Shown here piece by piece: positions 19,023 through 28,349 of a stretch of 64,000 nucleotides of DNA. Source of the stretch: a virus; the IMG/VR virus record IMGVR_UViG_3300043411_000704, positions 1-64,000 of that record; one strand, 5' to 3'. A program made the translations under genes and the position numbers. The notes beneath the pieces are model-generated. The model saw only the letters and a program-made list of their open reading frames with translations. It was not told the DNA's origin and made no database searches. Within the stretch, counting starts at the first letter, position 1, and each line of letters opens with the position of its first letter.

Positions 19023-19283
19023 TCAATAATTTCCATACCTCAATTCAATAAAATTTTTCATATTATTATATTCACAATAAGGTTTTGGTGTTTTTATCTT
19101 TTGATGAGAACATTCAAACCCATCAATTTTCAAATTTTCAACTAATTTTAAAAAACTCACCCAATCGGCCCGGTGTCGTATTACATTATGGTTTTGAACG
19201 TCTGAGATTTCAGCATCAGTTGTTAATTCAAAATAATCATCAGTATAACCTAATTGTGATTCTCTGCATATAAATGTGTTCAT
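19023..19283 (-). CDS. Hypothetical protein
   Basis: ORF with ATGA coupling. Confidence 0.5.
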   Translation of the reverse strand: MNTFICRESQLGYTDDYFELTTDAEISDVQNHNVIRHRADWVSFLKLVENLKIDGFECSHQKIKTPKPYCEYNNMKNFIELRYGNY

Positions 19284-20008
19284 ATTTGTTTCCAATCTAA
19301 TTTTAATCTAGGAATTCCTTTAAGGTGCCCATCTTTCAATGTATCACCATAATATCCGTGCTTCAATAACAAAATTTGTTCAGGAACTTTAATTTGCAAT
19401 TGATCTACTAAATTAGAGAAACAACTTTCAATCAAATAATGTCCTACCATATTTTCGAGTGTTGTAATCCAATCAAACACACTAAGAGAATCGGGCGTCA
19501 GAAATCTAGTATCATGACGGTTACAATAACCTTCCAATTTTTCAAATGATAGTTTAGTATCAGATGAGTGCATCTGTGCTATTTTCTTCAAATTATTATA
19601 TGCTAATATATTTTTTTCAACATCTAAATCTCTATTAGTAATCTGTAAATTCCACTTTTCTTCAAATGGAACTTCTGCGATCTCATACTTCATTTCATCA
19701 AATGAAAGACTATCATTGTGATTCAAATACCAGTCTGTATTATGACTATTTGCACCGGGGAGCGTGAATGCTAGATCAATAACTCGGTTACAACTATTTT
19801 GGAAACAAATCTGATGTGCTGCCATACAGTTAAAATCGTTTAGAGGAATAAATTGAACATAATCAACATATCCAATAAAGTTGTTTATAATGTCTTTGTG
19901 AACAGGCCAAATGACTGTCCATCCACGGTCAGCATACCATTTAGCAATGGGCAAACATATAATAATGTCTCCTATTTTTCCAGGTTGAATGATACCCAAT
20001 TTTTTCAT
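19280..20008 (-). CDS. GT9-like (GT-B) glycosyltransferase
   Basis: KIGDIIICLP and IESCFSNL motifs; start MKKLG at 20008. Confidence 0.65.
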   Translation of the reverse strand: MKKLGIIQPGKIGDIIICLPIAKWYADRGWTVIWPVHKDIINNFIGYVDYVQFIPLNDFNCMAAHQICFQNSCNRVIDLAFTLPGANSHNTDWYLNHNDSLSFDEMKYEIAEVPFEEKWNLQITNRDLDVEKNILAYNNLKKIAQMHSSDTKLSFEKLEGYCNRHDTRFLTPDSLSVFDWITTLENMVGHYLIESCFSNLVDQLQIKVPEQILLLKHGYYGDTLKDGHLKGIPRLKLDWKQI

Positions 20009-20009
20009 G

Positions 20010-20870
20010 TTATGCATTATAACGCAAATGATTTTCCGTTTCAAGAGAAAAGATGTTAAAAAACTCTTGTGAGAACTCTTTTTCACCCGGTTGCGGTTCC
20101 ATAAATGCACCAAATGGTTTACGATTTACCAAGTTTTTTTGTAAATGGTAGTGCATCATATTATAACACAAGTGGTCGAATGGTGTGGATTTCCGTAAAT
20201 TAGTATTCCATTGCAACTCTGGAGTATCGTCTTTCCATTGAATCTCATGTCTAATATGAAATAATATGGGAAAAGTTGGGGCATTAAATATCTGTCCACC
20301 AGTGACCGATATTATACCTGCAAAAATTTGATCAAATTGAGAAATCCCTAAAATATAATCTTGTAAAAGATGATTATATTTCTTCCACCACTCTTTGGTT
20401 ACAACCAAAAAATCATATCCAGCGATTTCTAGGCGTAAAACACCAACATTTCCACTAGCTAACTCATCAAATGAATTAACATCTTGTATATCCAGTCTAG
20501 ACACTGCAATTGCAGGTGGTTGTATTTTATTGTAAAGTTCATGTATAAGTGATGTGATAATACAATCCGAATTTACCCATCCTATATGAGTGACTGACTC
20601 ATCGTTTTCCACACTTTTATAAACTTCTTCTAGAATGTCCCGCACAATTGGAAGTTTTTTAGTTCCATGTGGAACTATATCTAATGATGATCTACTTAAT
20701 TTTGGCAAAACTTCTATACCATCATATTCTATAGTGGGTTCATCTTCAAATTGAACAGCCTTTATCTGAACAAAATCTGGATATTTTTTCATCAGATGTT
20801 TCCATGAATCAACCGCCACATCTTGTCGATGATATTTACCAAAAATATTTGATCCCAACACTATTTTCAT
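20010..20870 (-). CDS. Putative glycosyltransferase (paralog of 20867-21712)
   Basis: RQDVAV.SW, KKLP, NSDCII, SRLDI, GYDF. Confidence 0.6.
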   Translation of the reverse strand: MKIVLGSNIFGKYHRQDVAVDSWKHLMKKYPDFVQIKAVQFEDEPTIEYDGIEVLPKLSRSSLDIVPHGTKKLPIVRDILEEVYKSVENDESVTHIGWVNSDCIITSLIHELYNKIQPPAIAVSRLDIQDVNSFDELASGNVGVLRLEIAGYDFLVVTKEWWKKYNHLLQDYILGISQFDQIFAGIISVTGGQIFNAPTFPILFHIRHEIQWKDDTPELQWNTNLRKSTPFDHLCYNMMHYHLQKNLVNRKPFGAFMEPQPGEKEFSQEFFNIFSLETENHLRYNA

Positions 20871-21712
20871 ACTAAATTTCTATCCATTCGCATATAATCA
20901 AAGAAATCGCGTTCTTTCTCTTTTTCCTTATCTGCTAAATTTTGAAACGTATTTTTTGGCATCCGATTAATCAAATTTGTTTTGAAATTATAATCCATTA
21001 GATTAAACATCATTTTATTCAATGGTCTGCTGTCAGCAATTTCTAAGTTCCATTGACGCTCTGGACAGTCTTCTAATACACTATTTGATTCATGTTCAAT
21101 ATGAAAAATTGATGGTGGATAATCGTTACCAATCGGAAAATTTCCACCAAAAGCCTTTGCATAACCCGCAATCACAATATCCCATACGGCTTTACCTAAA
21201 ACAAATTTTTGGGCCAAATGTTGATGGTTTGCTAGTGCAAATAACCGGTTGAAACAAAACAAATCAAATCCTGCACAATAGAAGTCTAGAGGTTCTATTT
21301 GACGGTCAACAATACTCTGATATCCATTCACCGGTTGCCTTATATCAAATCGACTACAAACAAAGGCTTGTGGTTTCTTTTCTAGGATAGTATCGACACA
21401 TATTTTGTTAATTATCACATCGTTGTTTATCACAATAAAATGATCGCCATCTAATTGCAGACCATATTCATATAATTCGGAAAAGAAAGGTAGTTTTTTA
21501 CTCGCACCTTTAATCACCGCAGTTGAATCACTTAAAACAAAAACAGGTTCCAATGACGGATATGGATTTATGAAATCTGATTTTTCATCTTCAAATTGTA
21601 GATTATGAATACGAATCTTATCGGGGAATAATTTTTGCATGTGAAGCCATGACTGGACTGCCACATCCTGACGTGGATTTGATTTATATGTGTTTACTAT
21701 AATGTCAATCAT
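20867..21712 (-). CDS. Putative glycosyltransferase (paralog of 20010-20870)
   Basis: RQDVAV.SW, KKLP, NNDVII, SRFDI, GFDL. Confidence 0.6.
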   Translation of the reverse strand: MIDIIVNTYKSNPRQDVAVQSWLHMQKLFPDKIRIHNLQFEDEKSDFINPYPSLEPVFVLSDSTAVIKGASKKLPFFSELYEYGLQLDGDHFIVINNDVIINKICVDTILEKKPQAFVCSRFDIRQPVNGYQSIVDRQIEPLDFYCAGFDLFCFNRLFALANHQHLAQKFVLGKAVWDIVIAGYAKAFGGNFPIGNDYPPSIFHIEHESNSVLEDCPERQWNLEIADSRPLNKMMFNLMDYNFKTNLINRMPKNTFQNLADKEKEKERDFFDYMRMDRNLV

Positions 21713-22503
21713 TTTGCGTTTCGTATAGACTTCAATTTGTCAACCGTATTTTCTGTTCCTATATCAGGAATATGTGAAATAGGTATTCCATGTTTCTGCA
21801 TAAAATATAGATAATCAGGTTTAAGCCGTTCTAACCGTTTACCATCAGCATCCAATCTAGACGTTGCATCAGGATTATTCATGATCAGATCATCAGAATT
21901 AGATAGATCAGCAAAGTATCTAAAAGGGGCCACAAATTTGGTGTCAGTCGCTCTTTTAACCCATTCCACATCAAACCCATTGACCATTTTTTCATCATAC
22001 AATCCTACCAATTCATGGAGTTTACGGGTCCGGTAGGATGCTTCGTTACACATCTCACCATGAAAGGATACGACGGTGTTCGGGTCATAATGAACATCTA
22101 ATTTTGGTGTCCTGTTACCAGGATGTCCAGTGTTCCATGCATAACTCACAAAATGTAGATATTGTAAGCCCGTAATTTTACTGACCCTTATATATTCATC
22201 AAATATATCATCGTTTTTTACAATCAAATCATCTTCAAAAATAAAGATGTGGTCACATCCTTTACTATAAAGGTAATTTAGTGCATCATTACGCGACCGA
22301 GCAGACCCTAAATTAGTCTCATGTTGTATCCAGTGCATATTGCCATACATTCGTTTATACGTCGTTTCGTATGGGTTTCCACCATTGACAACCACCAGTT
22401 CATCATATCTATGATCTGGTAATGATTCAAATAGTTTTTTGAAATAGTTCTCGGAATTGAATGTGATAATTCCTAAACCTATTTTTTCATCATTGTATAT
22501 CAT
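21709..22503 (-). CDS. GT2 glycosyltransferase
   Basis: GIITFN, VVVNGG, SARSRN, FEDD, VGLYDE. Confidence 0.85.
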   Translation of the reverse strand: MIYNDEKIGLGIITFNSENYFKKLFESLPDHRYDELVVVNGGNPYETTYKRMYGNMHWIQHETNLGSARSRNDALNYLYSKGCDHIFIFEDDLIVKNDDIFDEYIRVSKITGLQYLHFVSYAWNTGHPGNRTPKLDVHYDPNTVVSFHGEMCNEASYRTRKLHELVGLYDEKMVNGFDVEWVKRATDTKFVAPFRYFADLSNSDDLIMNNPDATSRLDADGKRLERLKPDYLYFMQKHGIPISHIPDIGTENTVDKLKSIRNAK

Positions 22504-23315
22504 TTAATCGAATATTTCTGTTCAATTTCTTCCAACCGAGTCATCAAATATTCTCTTGTTGGGACAGGTAGTTCATGTGGAAACATCCCATACTTTGACT
22601 TAAATGTTTGCCAACCAGCTATAAAATTCTGTCTAAAGTTCGTATCATTACGAATAACACTTCGCTGATGATCTTTATCTTGATCCTTGATGTATAAATA
22701 CGACTGGCTAGCGTCAGGGAAATATCTCCACGGAACACCACCTTGTAAAAATGCACGATAATAGTGGTCTAGATGTTCTGCTGCATTTACATATGTTTCA
22801 TCCATATATCCTACGGTTGAAAAATGTTTACCACTATACAGTGTGAAGGCCGCAAAACTTTCTTGGTAAAAATCTACCTTTGTCGTTGAATATTCAACCG
22901 ACTCCTTCACTTTTGGATCACCGTATGCATCTACATTTCCGCCAGCTTCACCACCGTGGCAACCATAACTTAATTGCCATACAATACCTGAATCATTCAT
23001 AGTATCAATGTATTTCTCCCAAACAGTATTATCTATGATCTCCACATCGTCCTCTAACAAGAAATAATATCCTTCTGGATTATTTTTACGAACCTCTCTG
23101 AAAAATTTATTCTTTCCTAATCCCACAGGAGTCGGATTTCTGTTTGATTGTAAAACCTCATACCCATCATATACATCTGATAACGGAGCACCGTTATTGA
23201 TAATATATCTTCTGGTAAAACACTGGGGCTCAATGCTGTTCACCAACACCTTCAACATATCTTCTCGGTTACATGTTACGATGCCTAACACCGTATTATC
23301 TTTATATTTGTTCAT
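22500..23315 (-). CDS. GT2 glycosyltransferase
   Basis: GIVTCNR, LEDD, VGYMDE, AEHLD. Confidence 0.85.
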   Translation of the reverse strand: MNKYKDNTVLGIVTCNREDMLKVLVNSIEPQCFTRRYIINNGAPLSDVYDGYEVLQSNRNPTPVGLGKNKFFREVRKNNPEGYYFLLEDDVEIIDNTVWEKYIDTMNDSGIVWQLSYGCHGGEAGGNVDAYGDPKVKESVEYSTTKVDFYQESFAAFTLYSGKHFSTVGYMDETYVNAAEHLDHYYRAFLQGGVPWRYFPDASQSYLYIKDQDKDHQRSVIRNDTNFRQNFIAGWQTFKSKYGMFPHELPVPTREYLMTRLEEIEQKYSIK

Positions 23316-23351
23316 TATTAGAGTTTAATTTAATGTGAATCAGACCAAAAA

Positions 23352-24356
23352 TCAATAGGAATTGAATAAATTTGTGACTGATTTTGCAACTTCTTTTTGT
23401 TCAGCCATATCTAAATCAGGTAAGTTTAGGCAAAAAGATGATATTGCATCTGGTATGTCCACGACTTTGAATTCTTTTATTTCTTCTTGATGAACATTCA
23501 GAACTTTAAATTCATCAACTATCTCAATCCTTACGCTGAGCGGTTGACATATATTCACCTTATCAATCAATTCTTTATCAGTAGATATGACAGATATGAA
23601 ATTACCCTGAATATCTAACAAATCTTTTTCAGTTTGAACATATTTAAATTTAGGAGAAATCGTGTTTTCGATACGTTCAATTTCTCCAGTATTGGTGTCC
23701 AATATATGTAAATACTTAGGGGAATCCACATCATTAAAAGATAATGGATATGCAGACCCTGTGTAAATGAGAGGCTTGCCATCATATAATCTTTTTTGCC
23801 AAATATGGTAGTGCCCGGAAAAACTACCCTGGTAAACTCTCTTCATCAAGTCCACACCCTTGAAACCATGATTAGAGATCTTACCTTTTGTCAATTCATA
23901 ACCAACTATATCAAAGTGTCCAAATACAAATTCACTTGGAGGAATATCTTCTAATTTTGTTGCCCACGGACAAAAGGTTAGGTTCCCTCTTTTACAAACT
24001 TTTTCATGGATCGTAATATTTGGATGATTTTTGAAAGATGCAAGAGAATGAATTTCAGTCGAATCGTTGAAAAATACGTCGTGGTTGCCCAATATGGTAT
24101 CAACATTAAAGGTTTCAAATAAATTAAAAAATTCAGTAGCATAATGTAATGATTCTAATGTGATGGCAGTTCGTGAATCAAATATATCTCCAAGGAAAAT
24201 TAAATCCTTGATCATATGTTCGTCACAAATATTTTTTAACCATTTTCCATAATCCAACAAGGTCTTATGGAAAATTTGATTTACCATATGTTTTTCAATA
24301 CCTAAACTGCTGCTAGTCTGTCCGATATGGAGATCCCCTACAATTATATATTTCAT
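23352..24356 (-). CDS. Recombination endonuclease nuclease subunit (T4 gp47/SbcD-like)
   Basis: GDLH, GDIFD, GNHD, GHF, SGHYH metallophosphoesterase motifs. Confidence 0.95.
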   Translation of the reverse strand: MKYIIVGDLHIGQTSSSLGIEKHMVNQIFHKTLLDYGKWLKNICDEHMIKDLIFLGDIFDSRTAITLESLHYATEFFNLFETFNVDTILGNHDVFFNDSTEIHSLASFKNHPNITIHEKVCKRGNLTFCPWATKLEDIPPSEFVFGHFDIVGYELTKGKISNHGFKGVDLMKRVYQGSFSGHYHIWQKRLYDGKPLIYTGSAYPLSFNDVDSPKYLHILDTNTGEIERIENTISPKFKYVQTEKDLLDIQGNFISVISTDKELIDKVNICQPLSVRIEIVDEFKVLNVHQEEIKEFKVVDIPDAISSFCLNLPDLDMAEQKEVAKSVTNLFNSY

Positions 24357-25189
24357 AATGGGTAATTCTTCCTATACCAATACACTTGGTCAACAAACTT
24401 TTCAATCGCTTTGTCAGGATCAGATTCAGCAGATGTTTGACTGCGTAAACCGTCTTCTCCACAATTATAATCTGTCGTTCCTTTACCTGGATGTGGGACT
24501 TGACCACCATTGGCAACCTCAACATTAGTTCTGGTTATTATTAATGGTTTTAAAAATCTTTTCCAAGACCATTTAGATTCAAAAACTTTACATATTAAAT
24601 CATATTCTTGATCTGGATACTTATGGTCCCCTTTAACTGAGACCCGTCGATTAACGGTCGCTTTATCAGTCTCTTCATATTTTGTTTTTCCACATAAAAA
24701 TGTTTTGGGTGTGAAGCTAAAGGAATACCACCACGGATCTCTAGACGACCAATCATGTAATTTTCCACCAAAACTACACTTAAAACTTCCGCCATCCACT
24801 GAACCATATGCAGGTAGCCAACCAAATTCAAATTTGCGACTTCCAAATTTACTTCTTATTCTGCACAAATTTTTCCACCAATCAGTATATCCAAATGATG
24901 CATCCAGACTAAAATACCAAGAAAACAAAAAGGGAATTGCCATATGAAAGGCTACACAACCTTCCGAGTCATGCCTAAACGACAGTGCTATATCAAAATA
25001 TTTTTTAAACAAATAAAATTCGTTTCGTATAGTAATTCTTCCGTTATAACCAAAGGGCTCAAACCAACTTCGCCATCCATATTTTTCTTCTTTGTATATA
25101 CGGAATCGCATTTTTTTACCGTCAATCTGATCACGTAATATTTGATCTTTTGATTTTTCTTCGATGTATTGATCTGTTATCATACTCAT
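24353..25189 (-). CDS. Hypothetical protein (aromatic-rich)
   Basis: 278-aa ORF coupled to neighbours. Confidence 0.7.
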   Translation of the reverse strand: MSMITDQYIEEKSKDQILRDQIDGKKMRFRIYKEEKYGWRSWFEPFGYNGRITIRNEFYLFKKYFDIALSFRHDSEGCVAFHMAIPFLFSWYFSLDASFGYTDWWKNLCRIRSKFGSRKFEFGWLPAYGSVDGGSFKCSFGGKLHDWSSRDPWWYSFSFTPKTFLCGKTKYEETDKATVNRRVSVKGDHKYPDQEYDLICKVFESKWSWKRFLKPLIITRTNVEVANGGQVPHPGKGTTDYNCGEDGLRSQTSAESDPDKAIEKFVDQVYWYRKNYPL

Positions 25190-25743
25190 TTGCTAGCTAA
25201 TTTGTAAATGTATTTCATTTTAGTTTCGTCACCAAAATATTGTTCCAATTCTTCACCATTTTTGACCAAAATTTGTGTATTACTTGGATCAGTTTCGTCT
25301 AATACATATACTTGTAGTTTAGAATCATCTGCAAACGATTTCCATAACAAAAACCCTTTTGGGGTGTGAATACTATCAGATTTGACGTATTCAAAATTAT
25401 CCAACAAGAATTCAGTATATATCTTATACATTATAGAACCTATTTGTCCCGAATTCCAAATATACATTATAGTAACACCACCATCATCTTGGACCTCTAA
25501 TTCAATATATCCAATGACCAAGGAATTATCCTGAACTAGGTAAAATTCTATATAAGAATCAAACTGAAACATTTGCACATTAATGGTGTTACCATTAATG
25601 TGCAAATCCTCTACTGGCTGCAAATTGTCGTGATGTTTATGCCATTTATTCTGGAAGTCAGATGCATTAACTTTGATTGGTCGCGCCCTTGTTGACATCT
25701 CCATTAATATCTTTTTAATCAGTTTATCAAATTTTTCGGTCAT
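25186..25743 (-). CDS. Hypothetical protein, possible GNAT-like fold, with MTEKFDKLI...E N-terminal peptide
   Basis: SDSIHTPKGFLLWK motif; N-terminal motif shared with late genes. Confidence 0.6.
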   Translation of the reverse strand: MTEKFDKLIKKILMEMSTRARPIKVNASDFQNKWHKHHDNLQPVEDLHINGNTINVQMFQFDSYIEFYLVQDNSLVIGYIELEVQDDGGVTIMYIWNSGQIGSIMYKIYTEFLLDNFEYVKSDSIHTPKGFLLWKSFADDSKLQVYVLDETDPSNTQILVKNGEELEQYFGDETKMKYIYKLASK

Positions 25744-26753
25744 TATTCAGCCACTTCCTCCACAGTGTTTTCACCATCATCGTCATATACAATTCGTTGT
25801 CTACGAACGTTTCTCCATGCTTCAGACGAGTGCATATTTTCGTAAACATCCTCTTGATAGGCTTGTAAAGTCGCATGATCTTGTTTTTCTTTTTTGATTC
25901 GATTAATAAAACAGTGCCATACAATCTGAGAATAAAACCCGAACGGATTTGATTTATATGTTATGTATTTTCTAGGATTTGTATTACCAGACAGAATCAG
26001 TGCAAGTGCAACATGTGCATTATTCAACACTTTTTGATATAAATGAACCACCGTTCCTTCATGTAATTCCTTCAATTTCAGATTATTATCATCGTGCATT
26101 ATACGAGTATCTGAATTTACGACATAAACCGAATCTACACCATTAACATTCAATGTTATCAGATTTTTCTTTTTAGTGTCCACAATTATAGCCCGAACCG
26201 GTGATATGATTTCTACTTCATCAGAGTCTTCCATGTGCCTAGATGAAATGTCGGGTTTTTTCTTTTTAGTCGTCCAGAAAAATATAGACTTTCCTACGTT
26301 TCTAATAATATCATCTTTATCAATAATTATCTTTGACAATTCATCAATATCATCATACACTTCATTACATTTATAATGTTTGAATGCCCTATCTGCAACT
26401 GCCTTGAATACTTTAACCTTTGCATCACCAATCATGTCTACCATCCAATTTGAATGTTGAACATAGTTACTAAAATTAGGTCGATGCGACATATTAGTCA
26501 CAATATCATCTATCATTCGTGCAAGTTCTAGTGGAATACCCATCTGTGGGTTCGCATCAGATTTTTCATAGTAATCCTTCAGTGCAACCCACATTTTTTC
26601 TTTATTGACGTATTCTTCTAAAATACGTTCTTTCTTTTCCAGCTTCTTTAGTCTCCTACGTTCTTTTGCATCTAATTCCAATTCAGAAAAATCAGGAATT
26701 TCTTCCTCAACATTAATTATTTCATCCAATTCATCTTCTTCAAGGTTTATCAT
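25743..26753 (-). CDS. Late-transcription sigma factor (T4 gp55-like) with internal insertion
   Basis: YVN, HRPNFSNY, DMIGDA, NPFGFYSQI..HCFINRIKKEK; near gp47 as in T4-like phages. Confidence 0.88.
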   Translation of the reverse strand: MINLEEDELDEIINVEEEIPDFSELELDAKERRRLKKLEKKERILEEYVNKEKMWVALKDYYEKSDANPQMGIPLELARMIDDIVTNMSHRPNFSNYVQHSNWMVDMIGDAKVKVFKAVADRAFKHYKCNEVYDDIDELSKIIIDKDDIIRNVGKSIFFWTTKKKKPDISSRHMEDSDEVEIISPVRAIIVDTKKKNLITLNVNGVDSVYVVNSDTRIMHDDNNLKLKELHEGTVVHLYQKVLNNAHVALALILSGNTNPRKYITYKSNPFGFYSQIVWHCFINRIKKEKQDHATLQAYQEDVYENMHSSEAWRNVRRQRIVYDDDGENTVEEVAE

Positions 26754-26830
26754 TTTGTTGTTTTTTTGCTAAATTCAATATCGTCAGTCACATCGTCTAA
26801 CAATACTCTTAGGTTTTCCATACTATTGAT

Positions 26831-27301
26831 TCACTGCTTCCATTCATATTCAAAAAAGCTGAGCGCTAAACTCATTTCAGGAAATTCCTCTACTGTTACT
26901 GCACACCAACTACCAGCAGGTGATATTGTTTTGATGGTATATTCTTTTCCTACTTCTAAATTTTCTTCCGCATTTTTAATGATATTAGTGAACCAAAAAG
27001 TATGTGTTCCTTTATATCTAATTATAGTTCCTGGGAGTGGCCAAAAAATACCAGCCTCTCCGTAAAATTCTTCATATGGATTATCATAACCCAGTGGTTT
27101 AGGAATCTGGACATAATCATGCTGGTCTAAATTTAGAACCGTATAAATTTCATGTTCATTCTCGCCTTCCCATTTTATATTTTTTTCACCATCATTTTGA
27201 TCATAAATGACATGACCTAATAATCCAGTTGATTTACATCGAACCACGTTTGCCTCTATACGTCGTATGATTTGCCCGTCTTCTGTTTTAATAATCTTCA
27301 T
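26831..27301 (-). CDS. Hypothetical protein flanked by direct repeats
   Basis: ATG at 27301; see findings. Confidence 0.65.
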   Translation of the reverse strand: MKIIKTEDGQIIRRIEANVVRCKSTGLLGHVIYDQNDGEKNIKWEGENEHEIYTVLNLDQHDYVQIPKPLGYDNPYEEFYGEAGIFWPLPGTIIRYKGTHTFWFTNIIKNAEENLEVGKEYTIKTISPAGSWCAVTVEEFPEMSLALSFFEYEWKQ

Positions 27302-27302
27302 A

Positions 27303-28349
27303 CTATTGATTTGTGGCCTTCCATTCATATTGCGTCTCAGATTTAGGTCCGTTCATTTCAGTCAGTCCATAAGAACGAGACCACCTATATAACCTTACAT
27401 AATCCCAAATATTATATTTGTTTCCTGTCAGATCTTCTGGATAATAGTCGGTATATACTTCTCTCACATCTTTCTCTGAAGGTTCCCAATGAAAAACCTT
27501 CAATATATCACCACCACGAGTTTTTAAAATATAGATGTATTCTTTATCCCGTTTCCAACTTTGATGATCCCAACCACACATGATAGCATTGGCCATCCAG
27601 CTATGAACCCATTCATGGTCAATATCAGTCTTATACAGATGTTCGAATGTTTTACAAAATTCTGATGCCCATATAGATGCATCTGTTGTCTGGTGTAGAT
27701 CAATTTCTACTTTCTTACATGGAACTGCACGTAAATCATCTATCCAAATATTTGATTCATCATAAGATTTTTCTATCTTAGCACAATCTTTGAAATATTC
27801 AATCATTGGGTCAGACTTTTCTTCGGTCTCTTCAGGAAAAAGATCTCTAGGAAAGACCGCATATCCATCAGACCACATGTAATTGTTTTTCTCTCTCACT
27901 TTTTTCATCACATAATGAGAATATTTCGATTTTTCTGGTTTATAATGATCAGATACAGTGTCAATATCATCCAAAATTTTATACAGTCCATATGATATAT
28001 CTTTCCACATATTTTTTTGTTCTATAACCCATTTAACAGCATCTACAGTTTTACCTGCACACACCATTTCTGCATCATCTGCTATCAATATATCTATGTC
28101 TGTCATTTTTACTGGATCGTGTAATACGGTGCAATCAATCCCATGAGAACATTCTCCACTTGGATGTATTAAATTATGGTGCCATCCTTCTCTTGGATCA
28201 CCAAGTTTATTTTCTTTTACAAATCGGTTCACTAAATCAGCCATCCGTGCGCAATCAGTAGTATCTACACCGTTTGATTGTGATGATAACCATCCAGCAA
28301 ATCCGTATAGTGCTTCGCTTGCAATTAATTTATCAATATCGTTCGTCAT
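27303..28349 (-). CDS. Hypothetical, apparently multi-module protein
   Basis: 348-aa ORF. Confidence 0.7.
   Translation of the reverse strand: MTNDIDKLIASEALYGFAGWLSSQSNGVDTTDCARMADLVNRFVKENKLGDPREGWHHNLIHPSGECSHGIDCTVLHDPVKMTDIDILIADDAEMVCAGKTVDAVKWVIEQKNMWKDISYGLYKILDDIDTVSDHYKPEKSKYSHYVMKKVREKNNYMWSDGYAVFPRDLFPEETEEKSDPMIEYFKDCAKIEKSYDESNIWIDDLRAVPCKKVEIDLHQTTDASIWASEFCKTFEHLYKTDIDHEWVHSWMANAIMCGWDHQSWKRDKEYIYILKTRGGDILKVFHWEPSEKDVREVYTDYYPEDLTGNKYNIWDYVRLYRWSRSYGLTEMNGPKSETQYEWKATNQ

Noticed and set aside
25956-26375. Intein in gp55 (also checked the polymerase and helicases)
   Set aside because: No terminal His-Asn followed by Cys/Ser/Thr and no LAGLIDADG blocks; the other proteins are of normal length
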